This document shows positions 25,545 through 38,493 of a DNA stretch of 64,000 bases, piece by piece; the stretch's first letter is position 1; each line of letters begins with the position of its first letter. The stretch covers positions 36,402,831 to 36,466,830 of the forward strand of contig NC_068996.1 in NCBI RefSeq assembly GCF_001194135.2. The letters are read 5' to 3'. The translations under genes were made by a program, and so were the position numbers. The stretch comes from Octopus bimaculoides. Its lineage: Eukaryota. The notes below the pieces were generated by a model. It was not told the origin of the DNA. It did not search any database and was given only the letters and a program-made list of their open reading frames with translations.

Positions 25545-26329
25545 TGAGTGAAAGAGTGAGAGAGACAGAGAGAGAAAACGATTAGATTTTATGTCTATAT
25601 ATGTGTTATTATATATGTATATGTATTTGTATATATCCCTATATACGTGAGTGTGTGTGCGGGAATTTGATATTTATGTGTATATAAGTTTGCGCGTAAA
25701 TTTCTGTACAACATACTATTATTGCCTTTGTTTCAGAAAAGCCATGTGAAATGTACACAAAGATATGTCTGCTGAGGCAGTACGCGCGTATGCAATACAT
25801 ACATACGTACACACAGACACAGAACAGAGAAAGTGAGAGAGAGAGAGAGAGCCCGACCCCCGTTTGCCACCCTCTTCCGCCACACTCTACGCACGCATAC
25901 ACACACAAAGCACCCCGTATCCCCATATACACCGCGCACGCGTTTCTCTGGCACGCGTTTGTGTTTGGCACGCGCGCATGTCCACCGAAAATGTATAACG
26001 CAATTAGCACGCTAGCACCAGCTTCCGCAGCACAAGCACTCGCGCTCGCACACATACTTACACATACATACTCGCACATTCATACACACACACTCACATC
26101 AATACATACACAACTATATAAACACACACACACACATTGCTGTAGTCAAACATATGTATCATAATAAAAGACATACACAACAAACATTTACGCACTCACA
26201 CGCTCGCACAAATATAAGTGTGTGTATGTGCGTGCGTGTGTATATATATATATTTCACACTCATTCCCATATACCGCCATACACTCTCATAAAAAAAACG
26301 CACGCACACACTTGTACACACGTGTCCAC

Positions 26330-26367
<38 letters not shown>

Positions 26368-26934
26368 CGTGTGTATTATTTTACAACCAAATATATCTGC
26401 TTACTTGGCATCGTTTAGCTATCTTAGTATTTTCGTTTTATCATCCTTATCATGGCTTTCATCGTTCTTTTTACTCTCCCCCTTCCTCTTTTTATCATGT
26501 TCACACACACATACATACGTATACACATACGTGTGTCTTTGTTCCCTTCCATACACGCGCGTGTGTGTGTCTCTGTGTTCGTATGTAACACAGATCTATT
26601 TAATTTACACATGAGTTGAGAAGAAAATGTGTAAACTAATGAGTAAGCTAAGTGAAAATAACCGTAACCGGGAATTGAAACAGCTTCGCGGATTCGGTTC
26701 GCCGGTTGCTCACCGCTATCCTTGGCGACAGTTACTCATACGCCTCAGTTGTTATAATTGGAGGGCCATTCAATCAGCTTTATATATATCTCCTCTTCTT
26801 TTACAAATAAATCATGAGTTATTTTTTCTTTTAAATTATACCCTTCTGGGTCTGAAAAATAAAATACCAGTCAAATACTGGTATCGATTACATCGATTTA
26901 CACCAGCAATGTAAAGTTAGAAATCATCGTATTA

Positions 26935-27135
26935 AGTTAGATTGGCAGAATCGTTAGAGCGTCGGACAAAATGCATTGCGAAATTTCTTCCGGCTCTTTG
27001 CGTCCTGAGTTCAAATACCGCTGATGAACCCCGTCTTTTATCCCGTGGAAGGTGAATAAAAAAAAGTACTAAGGTAGATGGTATCAACTAATTTCCTCCC
27101 CTCAAAATTACGAACCCTCTGCCTAAAGAAGAAAC
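26935..27135 (+). mobile_element. SINE family C
   Basis: ttggcagaatcgttagagcgtcggacaaaatgc...ctgagttcaaataccgc (tRNA B-box-like). Confidence 0.7.
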
Positions 27136-29319
27136 ATTTAATGGAAATAAATCTATCTCTTCAGCTCCGTTCTCTTTCTGTATCTCTGTTTCTGTCTGTT
27201 TGTCTCATTCTGACTGTGACAGTCACAATGAGTACCAGTGATATGTTGAGGTTGACTAGATCGCATTTCACTCTTTGTTACAAAAGCAATCGGCTTTGTT
27301 GTACAATACAAAAGAGATGTTTCTTTTTTCTGTTTCAAGTTATTTCGCTTTATGTTGCTAAATAGCCATGGGAAAGGCATGAACATCACGTATTCTCGTT
27401 TATCTATATAAACCTTTTTGCCTTCTGTGCTTAAGAAATTTGTCAGTGGTAAGTCTCCTGGAAACGACCGTTTTCTTGATTTGGTTATTTTCATTCCATT
27501 TACAACACATTGTCATTAGAAAAAGCATGAAATGCATGAACGTCACAGCATCCATCGAGAAGTAGAGTCTATACACATCCTTTCTCGCGGATTCGATTTC
27601 GAGGGTTTAATAAATTTCACTTAAATGTTGTTGATTTGGTAACAATAAACGATTAAATTTTCTCTCCCTTCTCTTAAAAAGCATTTTACTCTGCCGAAAA
27701 AAATACCGCCAGGGTATCATATTTCTCTCTTTGCCTTTTGTTAGTAAAATGAAGTACCAGTTAGATGTTAGGGTCGAGTTGATTGGTTATATTTTGTCTT
27801 ACAAGCTTTGGCCGTTTGCCCAGTCTTAAGAAATTGTTCTTAAATAATGACGACAACGATAATTATGATCACGGTCATCATCGTAGTCAGAAAACTCAAG
27901 TCACATCCTGTTACAGTATTGAAGTTATTATTTCACTTGTTTTTTTTTTTTTAACAACAAACATTGCTTTCGTGACAAAGAGCTGCTACGTTTCAATTCC
28001 CTGTTACAAAGTCATCTTTAGACAGAAAACAAAAGCAGCGTAATCAACACATCAAATTTCATTCTCTAAGACGTTGCTACAAATTATTCAAATATTTTCC
28101 AAACTCCAGTCGTAATCATTTAATTTAATTAAACATACACACACATATTATTCTTTTAATCATTTATTATCTTTTTGGAAGATTGAAACTCGAAGCAATA
28201 AAGCTATAAGATAATAAATAGCTTGTGAATATTGGGTTTAAAAAACCCTTTGAATAGAAAATGCCGAAGGTTGCTCATAAAGCACGAACCCACATATATG
28301 TGTGTGTGTGTGTTGCTGATGTTCTTCGGAAAGGCATGAATTTCACAACCTTACATTATCTCTCACTTACGTACACTTCGTGTTTTAATAAAGAAAGAAT
28401 GTTTTCACAAGCCTACGTGGTAAACAATTGTTTTTATCAAGTTTAAAAACTGATAAAATAACTTTCAACAGTTGGGGTTTTCTTGTGTGTTAACATGTCT
28501 GTGTGGATGTGTGCGTGTATTTATGTTTGTGTGTGTGCGTGAGTGCGCGCGCGTGTATGATTGCTGTGTGGCGGGAGGAGGAGGAGAAAGAGGTGTGCAT
28601 GCGTGCATGTGTATGTGTATATACGACACTATATCACTATGTATAGCAGGAGGAGGAGGAGAAATAGGCGTGTGTGTGTGCGTGGTGTATGTACGACCGT
28701 GTATATGACTGCGTATAGCGGAAGGGGGAGAAGGAGGTGTGTGTTAACATTAGAGAGCGTGTCCGCGCGCGTGCTGGTTGGGGGAAAGCGTGAGGAGAGA
28801 CGGCCTATAGCAGCGAAGTGAACGTGTGTACAGTAAGGGGAAGATGTGTGCGAAATACACGCAAGCACGCGCTCGTGTGTGTGTGTGTGTGTGTGCGCGT
28901 ATGTATAGCAAGGTGAAGGTGTTTTGCATGATTGTGCATATAAGTGCAGCAGACAACGTGTATGTGATGCAAGATAAAAGTGTCTGAGAAAGAAAAGAAC
29001 GTGTGTATGTGTGCATTACGAAAGTGTATGTGTGTGAGTATGCACGCAAGAAGGCGGAGTTGCCTTCCCGCGGCACTGCACACAATAATTGTAAACTATG
29101 TATATATATATACACAGCAACATGAAGTGTGTGTATATAGACATGGTTAACAAGCCTTCAAGTGGTCATTCGACCTGCTAAAAATAATACCTAAATCTCC
29201 ATCAAATTAAACGGATGATTTAGTCTAAGCCTTTGGTCATAGTTTGGACCTGGGGGTAGATAATGACTGAAGGAGAAAAATACAATAAAAAAACAAGACC
29301 AAAGATGGTAATTAAAGGA

Positions 29320-29560
29320 TTGGAATGTTGTAAGTACGGTCGGTTCGTATAGTCGTTAAAGTATCGAACAAAATTCCCTGTGATTTTTTTTTCTGCCTTG
29401 TACGTTCTGAGTTCAAATTCCGCTGAGGTCAACTTTGCCTTCTATCATTCCTGGAATCGATAAAATAAAGTACCAGTTAAGTATTGAGCTTAGTCTAACC
29501 GACTAACACCATCCCCTTAAAACTGCTGGCCTTTTGCCAACATTTGAAAGAATTATTATT
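29320..29560 (+). mobile_element. SINE family C
   Basis: cgttctgagttcaaattccgctgaggtcaactttgcc...gataaaataagtaccag...ggccttttgccaacatttgaaag. Confidence 0.7.
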
Positions 29561-30728
29561 AGAATTAGTAGTGATGGTACGGTCAGAAAAAAAATCCATT
29601 CGCAGCCAGAACCACCAACGAAAACTGGTCTCGTGATGGTCTCAGTGTTGGTGTGCAGATCAATGTCGTCTTAAAGCATGTAGAGATTGGGTAATTGCTG
29701 AAGAGAGTAAGGGCCCAATTCCGATCTATGTGTTGCTGTAAGGTCCAAGGAATTTGATTTGTTCGCAGGGATGGGGGAGGTTATAATGCTGCTATGAGGG
29801 CCTTGATGCAGACACACGAAATTGAACTAGAATAACTTTTCACGGAAGCAAATGCATCTTTTGAAGGTTTAACCTCCAAAATTGTTGAGTCGTCTACCCT
29901 TGCGATTTTGTGACGTCCGTCGCCTAATGTTGCTAAAAGGTTGGCATAATGTAAACCCTTCTACAATCACCCACCCACTGCCATCGAAACACTTTGTTAT
30001 GACACAATAATGAGTAACTTCCATAAATTCTATCGTTTAGCAGATTACACTTCCAAGCCGAGATATTGTAGCAGAACCTTGCAGAGACGAAGCAATGACA
30101 GGTATATCGCAACTGCACGGACACATTCCAGAGAACTCTGACTACTAGTTGTGCGAACATCGATCAGACGTTTGGAATCACATGTAGGATAGATTTCACT
30201 ATCGAACTTTGTGCACTGCGTGAAGATAGTTTTTATTATTTCACTTTGTGAAAATCGGTTTGAAAGTTTCGGTTCTCTCCTGGGTAGCTTATAGTAAAAA
30301 CAGTTGGTGTGGTTGTCATGGCGATAAAGGTTGAAGGGGTGTCATTTATTCTATGATAAAATACATGCCAAAATTCTTTTTGTAGTACATCAAAGTAGCC
30401 CCCCCCCCCAATTGTTATTTCAAGAGATGCCATATTGATAAAAGAGATTCTCTGGTTTCATTTTTTAGGTTCAGTTACAGAATATAGTGGGCGAGGAGGA
30501 GAGCCCGCAAGGACAACATTAGGAATTCGGTTATAGTCTTTTCAAGGTAAAAGCCAAACACACACAGTGTGTGTACAAAAGAAGGCATATGTGTGTACGT
30601 GGTATATGTATGTACACACACACACACTCGTTTTAGCGTATTTTCCATCTTGTATGGTCAGACAAAATTCATTGAGGTAGATTTTCTACGGCTGGATTGC
30701 TCATCCTGGCGTCAACACTCACGTATCT

Positions 30729-30774
<46 letters not shown>

Positions 30775-31319
30775 TGGGAGGCAGTCTGTATTATGTTTAT
30801 ATGTATATATCTGTGTAAATAAATAGATACATATCCATTTACATGTATTGGAAGTGCGCTTATGTATACATATATAGGCACATGAACATGTTATATATAT
30901 ATATATATATATATATACTTGTACATATATATGCGTATATCTACACGTATACATATGCGTGTTAATGTACACGTGTATGTGTATCTGTACAGGTAAACGC
31001 GTTATGCGTGTTTATATATATGCGTGTGCATAGATATGTATTTTATATGTGTGTGTAGATTTGTGAATGTACATATATAAAGATGTATGTTCATAGAAAT
31101 GTATATACATTGATTGTATGTATGTATGCGCATGTAAATAAAGGCTCAGGCGTAGCCCTGTGATATGAACAAATGCATGGCGGCACTACTTGAAAACAGA
31201 GGTCCCGATGCATCTACGTAACGATATGAAGGGGAGGGTTAGTTAGGGTTACGGTGTCATTACACGTCCATACAGCGTACATTTGAAATGTTTTGTACGT
31301 AACACCTGTATTTAAATAG

Positions 31320-31690
31320 CACCGGCATGGCTGTATGATGAAGTTTGCTTCCCAACCATGTGGTACTGGGTTCAATTATACCGCGCGGCACCTTCAGCAG
31401 GTGTCATCTATTATAGCTCCGGGCCTTGTGAACGGGTGAACGGGTTTGTAGATGGAAACTGAGAGAACCCCTTTGTGTGTGTATATGTTTGTTCCCCACC
31501 ATGACTTAACGACGGCCGGTGTTGCTTTGTTTACCTCCTCGTAAATTAGCGGTTCGACAAAATAATATGTACTTGGCTTTAAACAAACGTAAAGTTCTGA
31601 GATCGATTTGCTCGACTGAAAACCTACAAGACAGTGCCCCAGTATAGCTGCGGTTTAATGATTAAAACAAGTAAGGAATAAAAGATAAAC
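31320..31690 (+). mobile_element. SINE family A (diverged)
   Basis: ggcatggctgtatgatgaagtttgcttcccaacc through aaacaagtaaggaataaaag. Confidence 0.8.
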
Positions 31691-31835
31691 TCATACACAT
31701 GTATACATGTACACACATATTTATATATATACTGTATGTTTGTATATCTTGTATATGTGTGTGTATATTATCGCCACACCCAATTCTGTTTCTTTGTATT
31801 TTCCTTTTTGGTGCTTTTATTGCCCATAAAGAAAC

Positions 31836-32190
31836 GATTGAGGCTGAAAGGCATGAGGACATTTCTCTTTGGTAGAGCTCTCATTGACTTCAACTTTCCT
31901 TTGAAAAGGAAATTGAGAGTGGAGAGGGAAGTGCTGTCTTCGAGCGAGTTTATTGAAAGGTGGGTGAAAGATGCGAAAATGGCAAGAGTGGATGGTACCT
32001 CTCTAAGTGTAGACCTGTGAGTCGGAGAGAAGGAATTGGAGAGGGCACTTGCTCTTTGTGTTTCACGGAAACCTCGGACAGTAGGGTACCTCGATTATCC
32101 CTCGAGGCCCTACTGTACCTTGAGGGCCACATCGCTATCATCTTACCCGCTACTTTTTTTTTAAAGCTTTGTATGCTAAGCATATGTTCC
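31836..32190 (+). mobile_element. Tx1/L1-clade LINE 3' end
   Basis: ORF end ALIDFNFPLKRKLRVEREVLSSSEFIERWVKDAKMARVDGTSLSVDL* resembles a Tx1-type ORF2 C-terminus (ER..L....F..RW), followed by a 3' UTR. Confidence 0.55.
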
Positions 32191-32666
32191 TTCTTTTTCA
32201 GTGTTCACCGTGTATACTTAATTTCTTTTTTTCCTTTTTTTTTATCATTTCATTATATGTAAACCCCCACACTTTATGTCTATGTATTGTCCCCCCCCTC
32301 ATCCTTCGCCCTTGTGGCAAATAACTGAAATCATTATTATTATCATTATTATTAAGCAGTTGAATAGCTAGCTTCATGTGGTTTGGGGACCAGCTGGTTG
32401 CGCGGCGGCGGCGTGGCAGGTCAGCTGCGGCGGCGGCAACTGTTGGCTGCATGTCAGCACGATCGTTTCTTTTGTTGCTCTTGTTGTTGTTGTCAAGTTT
32501 TGTTAAGACACAAGTGTTGTGTATTTGTACGTGTGTGCATGCACTCTTGTATATATATATATACATGTGTTGGTTTCTATTATGTTTTTAATTTGTTTTG
32601 TTAAAACAAATGTTTTGAACCCTTATATCTTTGTTGGTCTTGTCGTAAATAATAATTATAGCACTT

Positions 32667-32710
<44 letters not shown>

Positions 32711-32713
<3 letters not shown>

Positions 32714-32866
32714 TAGCCCATTACCCGTCGTATGACGGGTTTACTTTGAAAGTATACTTTCGCTTTCATGGATATTATTAGGAAATATGACATACATGCA
32801 TTAATTATAATCTTTTATAAAATTTCTTGGTGTTTTATACAAAATAATGAAATGAANNNNNNNNNN

Positions 32867-32916
<50 letters not shown>

Positions 32917-33045
32917 GTGTCTATCTCTCCATCTCTCTATACTAAAGAATGACTGGAGATATCAACCATCTAACAACAACATTTATATCGGTTACTATTT
33001 AATTTTACACACATACACACACACATACAAAGCGATTTAAAAGTC
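32711..33045 (+). mobile_element. Possible non-autonomous Helitron/Helentron-type element
   Basis: Starts TACTAG within a TA run, followed by hairpin ACCCGTC-gtat-GACGGGT (32723-32740); internal (CT)n tract; 3' end uncertain. Confidence 0.4.
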
Positions 33046-33084
33046 CAGCTAACATTGACCTAACTCTCTATCGGTTACAAAGAC

Positions 33085-33273
33085 GATTGGGCTAGTTGAT
33101 TCGATCAATTGCACAACCTGCTCATGAAATTAATGTGCAAGTAGCTGAGCACTTCATAAGCATGCTCACCCTAAATGTAGTTCTCAGAGAGATTCAGTGT
33201 TTCACAAAATGTGACATGGTTTGGCCCTTTGAATTATAGGTACAACTCATTTTTCTTGTACATAAGTGGACTG

Positions 33274-33313
<40 letters not shown>

Positions 33314-33700
33314 GTTTAACGTTCGCCTTCTATGCTAGCATGGGTTGGACGATTTGACTGAGGACTGGCGAACCAGATGGTGGCACCAGGCTCCAATCTG
33401 ATCTGGCACGGTTTCTACAGCTGGATGCCCTTCCTAATGCCAACCACTCCGAGAGTGTAGTGGGTGCTTTTACATGCCACTGGCACGAGGGCCAGTCAGG
33501 CGGTACTGGCAACGGCCACGCTCAAAATGGTGTTTTTTACGTACCACCTGCATAGGAGCCAGTCCAGCGGCACTGGCAACGGCCTCGCTCGAATGTAAGG
33601 TGAAATAAAGTGTCTTTGCTCTAGGCACAACACACTGCCAGAAATCGAACTCGCAATCTCACGATTGTGATTCGAACACCCTAACCACTGAGGCACGCAC
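33085..33700 (-). mobile_element. SINE family B interrupted by an RTE-tail insertion
   Basis: Tail part 33085-33272 and head part 33596-33700 join to the consensus gtggactg/gtgaaataaagtgtcttgc. Confidence 0.7.
33274..33595 (-). mobile_element. RTE-like 3' end with (ATG)n tail
   Basis: Highly similar to 7165-7525. Confidence 0.8.
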
Positions 33701-33974
33701 CTTCCCCATCTAACATTAATATGAGCCGTATAACCTAACACCTGAGCTCAGTTGAGCTTCTCTCTGTACATCTCATCTCCCCATTTCATGCTTCCCTATT
33801 AGATTACCCAACTGACTGACATGATACCCGATCAACTTCCATGTTGTTTTTACTGCCAACCCTGCGGACCATTCCAAGTAGTGGAACAGGAATACCGTTA
33901 AATTCTGTCAGTTTATTAGTATAATGAATATAGTCACTTTTCTATTAACGTTTTTGTAAATTGTGTAAATAATA

Positions 33975-34200
33975 ATAATAATAATCCTTTCTACTATAGA
34001 CACAAGGTCTGAAATTGTTGGGGGGGGGGGAGACTAGTCGATTACATTGACCCCAGTGTTTTACTAGTACTTAATTTATCGACCTCAAAAGGATGAAAGG
34101 CAAAGTTAACACCGGCGGAATTTGAACTCAGAACGTAGCGATAGGCGAAATACCACTAAGCAATTTGTCCAGCATGCTAACGATTCTGTCAGCACACCGC
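33975..34200 (-). mobile_element. SINE family C
   Basis: ccggcggaatttgaactcagaacgtagcg...ctaacgattctgtcagc. Confidence 0.75.
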
Positions 34201-34876
34201 CTTGCAGTAATAATAATAATAATAATAATATTTCAAATTTTGGCACTAGGCCAGCAATTTTAGGGATACGGAGTTTGTCCAAAACATTGATCTCCCAGTA
34301 GTTGACTGAAACTTGAGGACTGAAAACATAAGAAATCAGAATAAATGCCACTCAATATTTTGTCCCCCACACTAACAGTAAAACTACATTTATGATAATC
34401 AACTTTTGTATTTTACACACATGATATTCAAGACACGGCAGCATCATGTGATTTTGCTTACGAATAAGATGAACCATATTCAACAATATCTATTGAATAT
34501 ATAAATGCAATGCAGTTTCTACCGGTCTTTTGGCAACCAATCAAATCTTCATAACTAATCGCATTTCGATGCATGCATTAACAAATATTTTTGCTTTTAT
34601 ATTATCACACTACTTCCTTCCATCTTCAATTGTTTGAATAATGAGCAAACATGAAGCTCAGAGTAACGATTCAAAGTATTTCAGCATTTGAATATTGTGT
34701 GTGTGTTAACAGCCACACAAGTGCTGAATGATACATCACAAGTGTTTCAGGTAATATAAGTATAACCTTGATAATACACTTGTGTGTGTGTTTGTGTTTG
34801 TATTATCTTCATCATTATCATCATTTGCCACAAGTCGTTGGTATTTGTCTACACGATTAGAATATAACCAAACATA

Positions 34877-35280
34877 GGCGCAGGAGTGGCTGTGTGGTAA
34901 GTAGCTTGCTTACCAACCACATGGTTCCGGGTTCAGTCCCAGTACATGGCACTTTGGGCAAGTGTCTTCTACTATAGCCTCGGGCCGACCAAAGCCTTGT
35001 GATTGGATTTGGTAGACGGAAACTGAAAGAAGCCCGTTGTATATATGTATATATATATGTATGTATGTGTTTGTGTGTCTGTGTTTGTCCCCCCCCCCCA
35101 ACATCGCTTGAAAACCGATGCTGGTGTGTTTATGTCCCCGTAACTTAGCGGTTCGGCAAAAGACACCGATAGAATAAATACTAGGCTTCCAAAGAATAAG
35201 TCCTGGGGTCGATTTGCTCGACTAAAAGCGGTGCTCCAGCATAGCCACAGTCAAATGACTGAAACGAGTAAAAGAGTAAA
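34877..35280 (+). mobile_element. SINE family A, near full length (tRNA-derived head, CORE-like segment, internal TA/TG tract, (AAAAGAGT)n tail)
   Basis: ggcgcaggagtggctgtgtggtaag (A-box-like), ggttcagtccc (B-box-like), ctttgggcaagtgtc (CORE-like). Confidence 0.9.
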
Positions 35281-35739
35281 CTTCTCCTGGTTTCCATCTT
35301 CAGCAGTTGTGGTCTAGTGTGGTACCCGTCAAAAGGGACGGGGTTTATTGTTATCTCCTTCAGTATGTGTTTGTATTTATGTTTCAGACATTGCTTCATT
35401 CTTCTTCACGTGTTTTAGTAATTTTTTTTTTACTTCTTTCAGTTATCCTTTTTGTTTTCGCTCACACTTCTTTATTATTCTGAGTGACTCACAATTCATC
35501 GACCCTTCTTTGTATATCAATTTCGTTCTCTATATATTATGCAGCTGTAAAGTTGCTCAAGCGATTAAAGAGTTTTCTGCGTTGCACTCAAATTCAGATA
35601 ATGTATGAAACTATTGACTCTTGTATCACGTTGTAGCTGTATAAAAAAAAAAAAAATACATATACACACTTATGTATTGAATCATCTTTCTATTGTTTGT
35701 CTAAAACACACACACAGACATTTTGAGATGTTTGTTTTA

Positions 35740-36095
35740 CTTAAATATTTTAGTCATTAGACTGCGGCCATACTGGAGCTCCGTTTTGAGGAATTTTAGC
35801 CAAACTAATCATCTCAGTACATATCATTTTTAAAGCCTGATATTTATTCTATCGGTCTTTTTGACTAAACCTCTATGTTACGATAATATCAACACATCAA
35901 AATCAGTTGTCAAGCTGTGGATGGAGATACACAGAGACACACACACACAAATATGATGGTCTTCTTTCAGTTTCCACTCACAAGGCTTTGGTTGCCACGA
36001 GGCTATACGAAAAGACACCTGCCCAAGTTGTCACGCACTGAACCTAGAACCATGTAGTTATGAAGCAAACTTCTTACCACACAACCAAGCCTGCT
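35740..36095 (-). mobile_element. SINE family A (diverged)
   Basis: Reverse complement of the family body and head. Confidence 0.8.
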
Positions 36096-36815
36096 GCAAT
36101 ATATTGTGTGTTGAAATACAGTCTATGCTTGAATCATCAGACACTGATGTTTCAACTTCATTTGTTCTCCTCAGTGACGAGCAACTCTTCGTAGATAAAT
36201 CTGAGCGAAGTTGAAATATTAGTTTCGATATAGAATTCGGTAAGCAAAATATTCACCCGAAGAATTTTGTCACTGACAGAATGTCGTCAGCAGATCTGGC
36301 GAACTTCTAGGTGAGACTATTTTTGATGCAAAAGAATCTCTGAAAGTTTCTCTTGAGACACAACATTACAGCTAGTACCGGTCTACTTTTGTAAATACAT
36401 TGTAAATGTTAAACACATTGGTATAAATATTTGTAGGTACATATGTACATGTGCTTAGTACAATCTCTTTCTCTCTCTATGTGTTTGTGTGTGTATGTGT
36501 CTGTGTGTATGTATATATATATATGTATTTATATGTATGTCTATATGTGTTTGTGTATATTTATATACATGTGTGTGTGTGTGTATATATGTATATCTAT
36601 CTATCTATATATATATATTTATGTATCTATCAGTATATATACATATATTTATCTATCTGTATATATATATATATATGTGTGTGTATCTATATATATATCT
36701 ATCTATCTATCTCTCTCTATATATGTATGTATGTATGTATGTATCTATCTATCTATGTATCTATCTATCTATGTCTATCTATCTATGTATGTATGTATCT
36801 AACTATATATATATG

Positions 36816-36846
<31 letters not shown>

Positions 36847-37270
36847 ATATATTTATATATATATGTATCNNNNNNNNNNNNNNNNNNNNNNNNNNNNNNN
36901 NNNNNNNNNNNNNNNNNNNNNNNNNNNNNNNNNNNNNNNNNNNNNNNNNNNNNNNNNNNNNNNNNNNNNNNNNNNNNNNNNNNNNNNNNNNNNNNNNNNN
37001 NNNNNNNNNNNNNNNNNNNNNNNNNNNNNNNNNNNNNNNNNNNNNNNNNNNNNNNNNNNNNNNNNNNNNNNNNNNNNNNNNNNNNNNNNNNNNNNNNNNN
37101 NNNNNNNNNNNNNNNNNNNNNNNNNNNNNNNNNNNNNNNNNNNNNNNNNNNNNNNNNNNNNNNNNNNNNNNNNNNNNNNNNNNNNNNNNNNNNNNNNNNN
37201 NNNNNNNNNNNNNNNNNNNNNNNNNNNNNNNNNNNNNNNNNNNNNNNNNNNNNNNNNNNNNNNNNNNNNN

Positions 37271-37347
<77 letters not shown>

Positions 37348-37874
37348 CCATATATATGTATGCATGTATGAATCGCGGACACGCCAAACAAAAATGCTTA
37401 GCCCCTTTGTCTTTCTTTAAGTTCTATATCCAATTGCTACTCAGGTCGATGTGACCGACTTACCTCCACCACCGAAATTGCTGGCATTGTGCTAAAATTT
37501 GAAACCAATATTTATTGCACTGCAGAAGCTATGCTGTTTACCGATGTTTCGCTATCAGCAGCATGCGTGAAACTCTGAGTAGTAAGAAAGTGTAAGCTCA
37601 GAATTTAGTGACTAATGAATACTCTACTTCTGTGCCGAGAATCTCTCTGACTTGTTTACCAGCTCAAATCTTTAGTGTGTTGTGTGTATGTATGTGGGCA
37701 GTGTCCGATGATTGTGTTGGGACACCAAACATGCTCTGAAACAATGGGGACCTGTTCTCAGCACATGAAACTAATAGTAGCAAGTAAAAACACATATTGT
37801 GTTTATAAAATAATATTTATCTCTCATCAGATGGAGTACTTTTTTTGCTGATCTCAGAACATACACCATATACA

Positions 37875-37910
<36 letters not shown>

Positions 37911-37928
37911 CGTATATATATATACACG

Positions 37929-37959
<31 letters not shown>

Positions 37960-38167
37960 GTATGTATGAAAATTTTTTCCTCCATTCAGACATTGGACTA
38001 AGGTCATGTGGGTGCAACAGTCTGGAAGGGTGGTAGTCGAACAAACTGACGCAATACTTATTTGTACTTAGTACTTATTCTATCGGTTTCCTTTTGCCAA
38101 ACCGCTAATTTAAGAGGACGTAAACAAACCAGAACCGGTTGTCAAGCAATGGTGAGGGACAAAGTTG

Positions 38168-38201
<34 letters not shown>

Positions 38202-38403
38202 GTAAATTTGGAAGACAGAAACTGAAAAAGAGCTCATTGTATACAATCACACACACACAAACAACGGCCCTTTTTTTTCAGTTCAGTTTTTCAAATCTAC
38301 TTACAATTATTCGGTTAGTCTGGGATTGTAGTAAAAGACATTCGAAGAAGGTTCCACGCAGTGGGAAAGAACCTAGAAACATGTTGTTAGGAAGAAACCT
38401 CTT

Positions 38404-38493
<90 letters not shown>

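Noticed and set aside
30469-30547. Plus-strand segment with a good acceptor and a donor
   Set aside because: Stops in all three frames and no supporting context; shows that splice-like sites arise by chance.
36175-36240. Plus-strand AG...GTAAGC exon-like segment
   Set aside because: All frames closed; could be non-coding but unsupported.
37537-37585. Hammerhead-like string ttac-cgatgt...gaaactctgagta-gtaa
   Set aside because: Core lacks A9 and one position, and stem II does not form convincingly.
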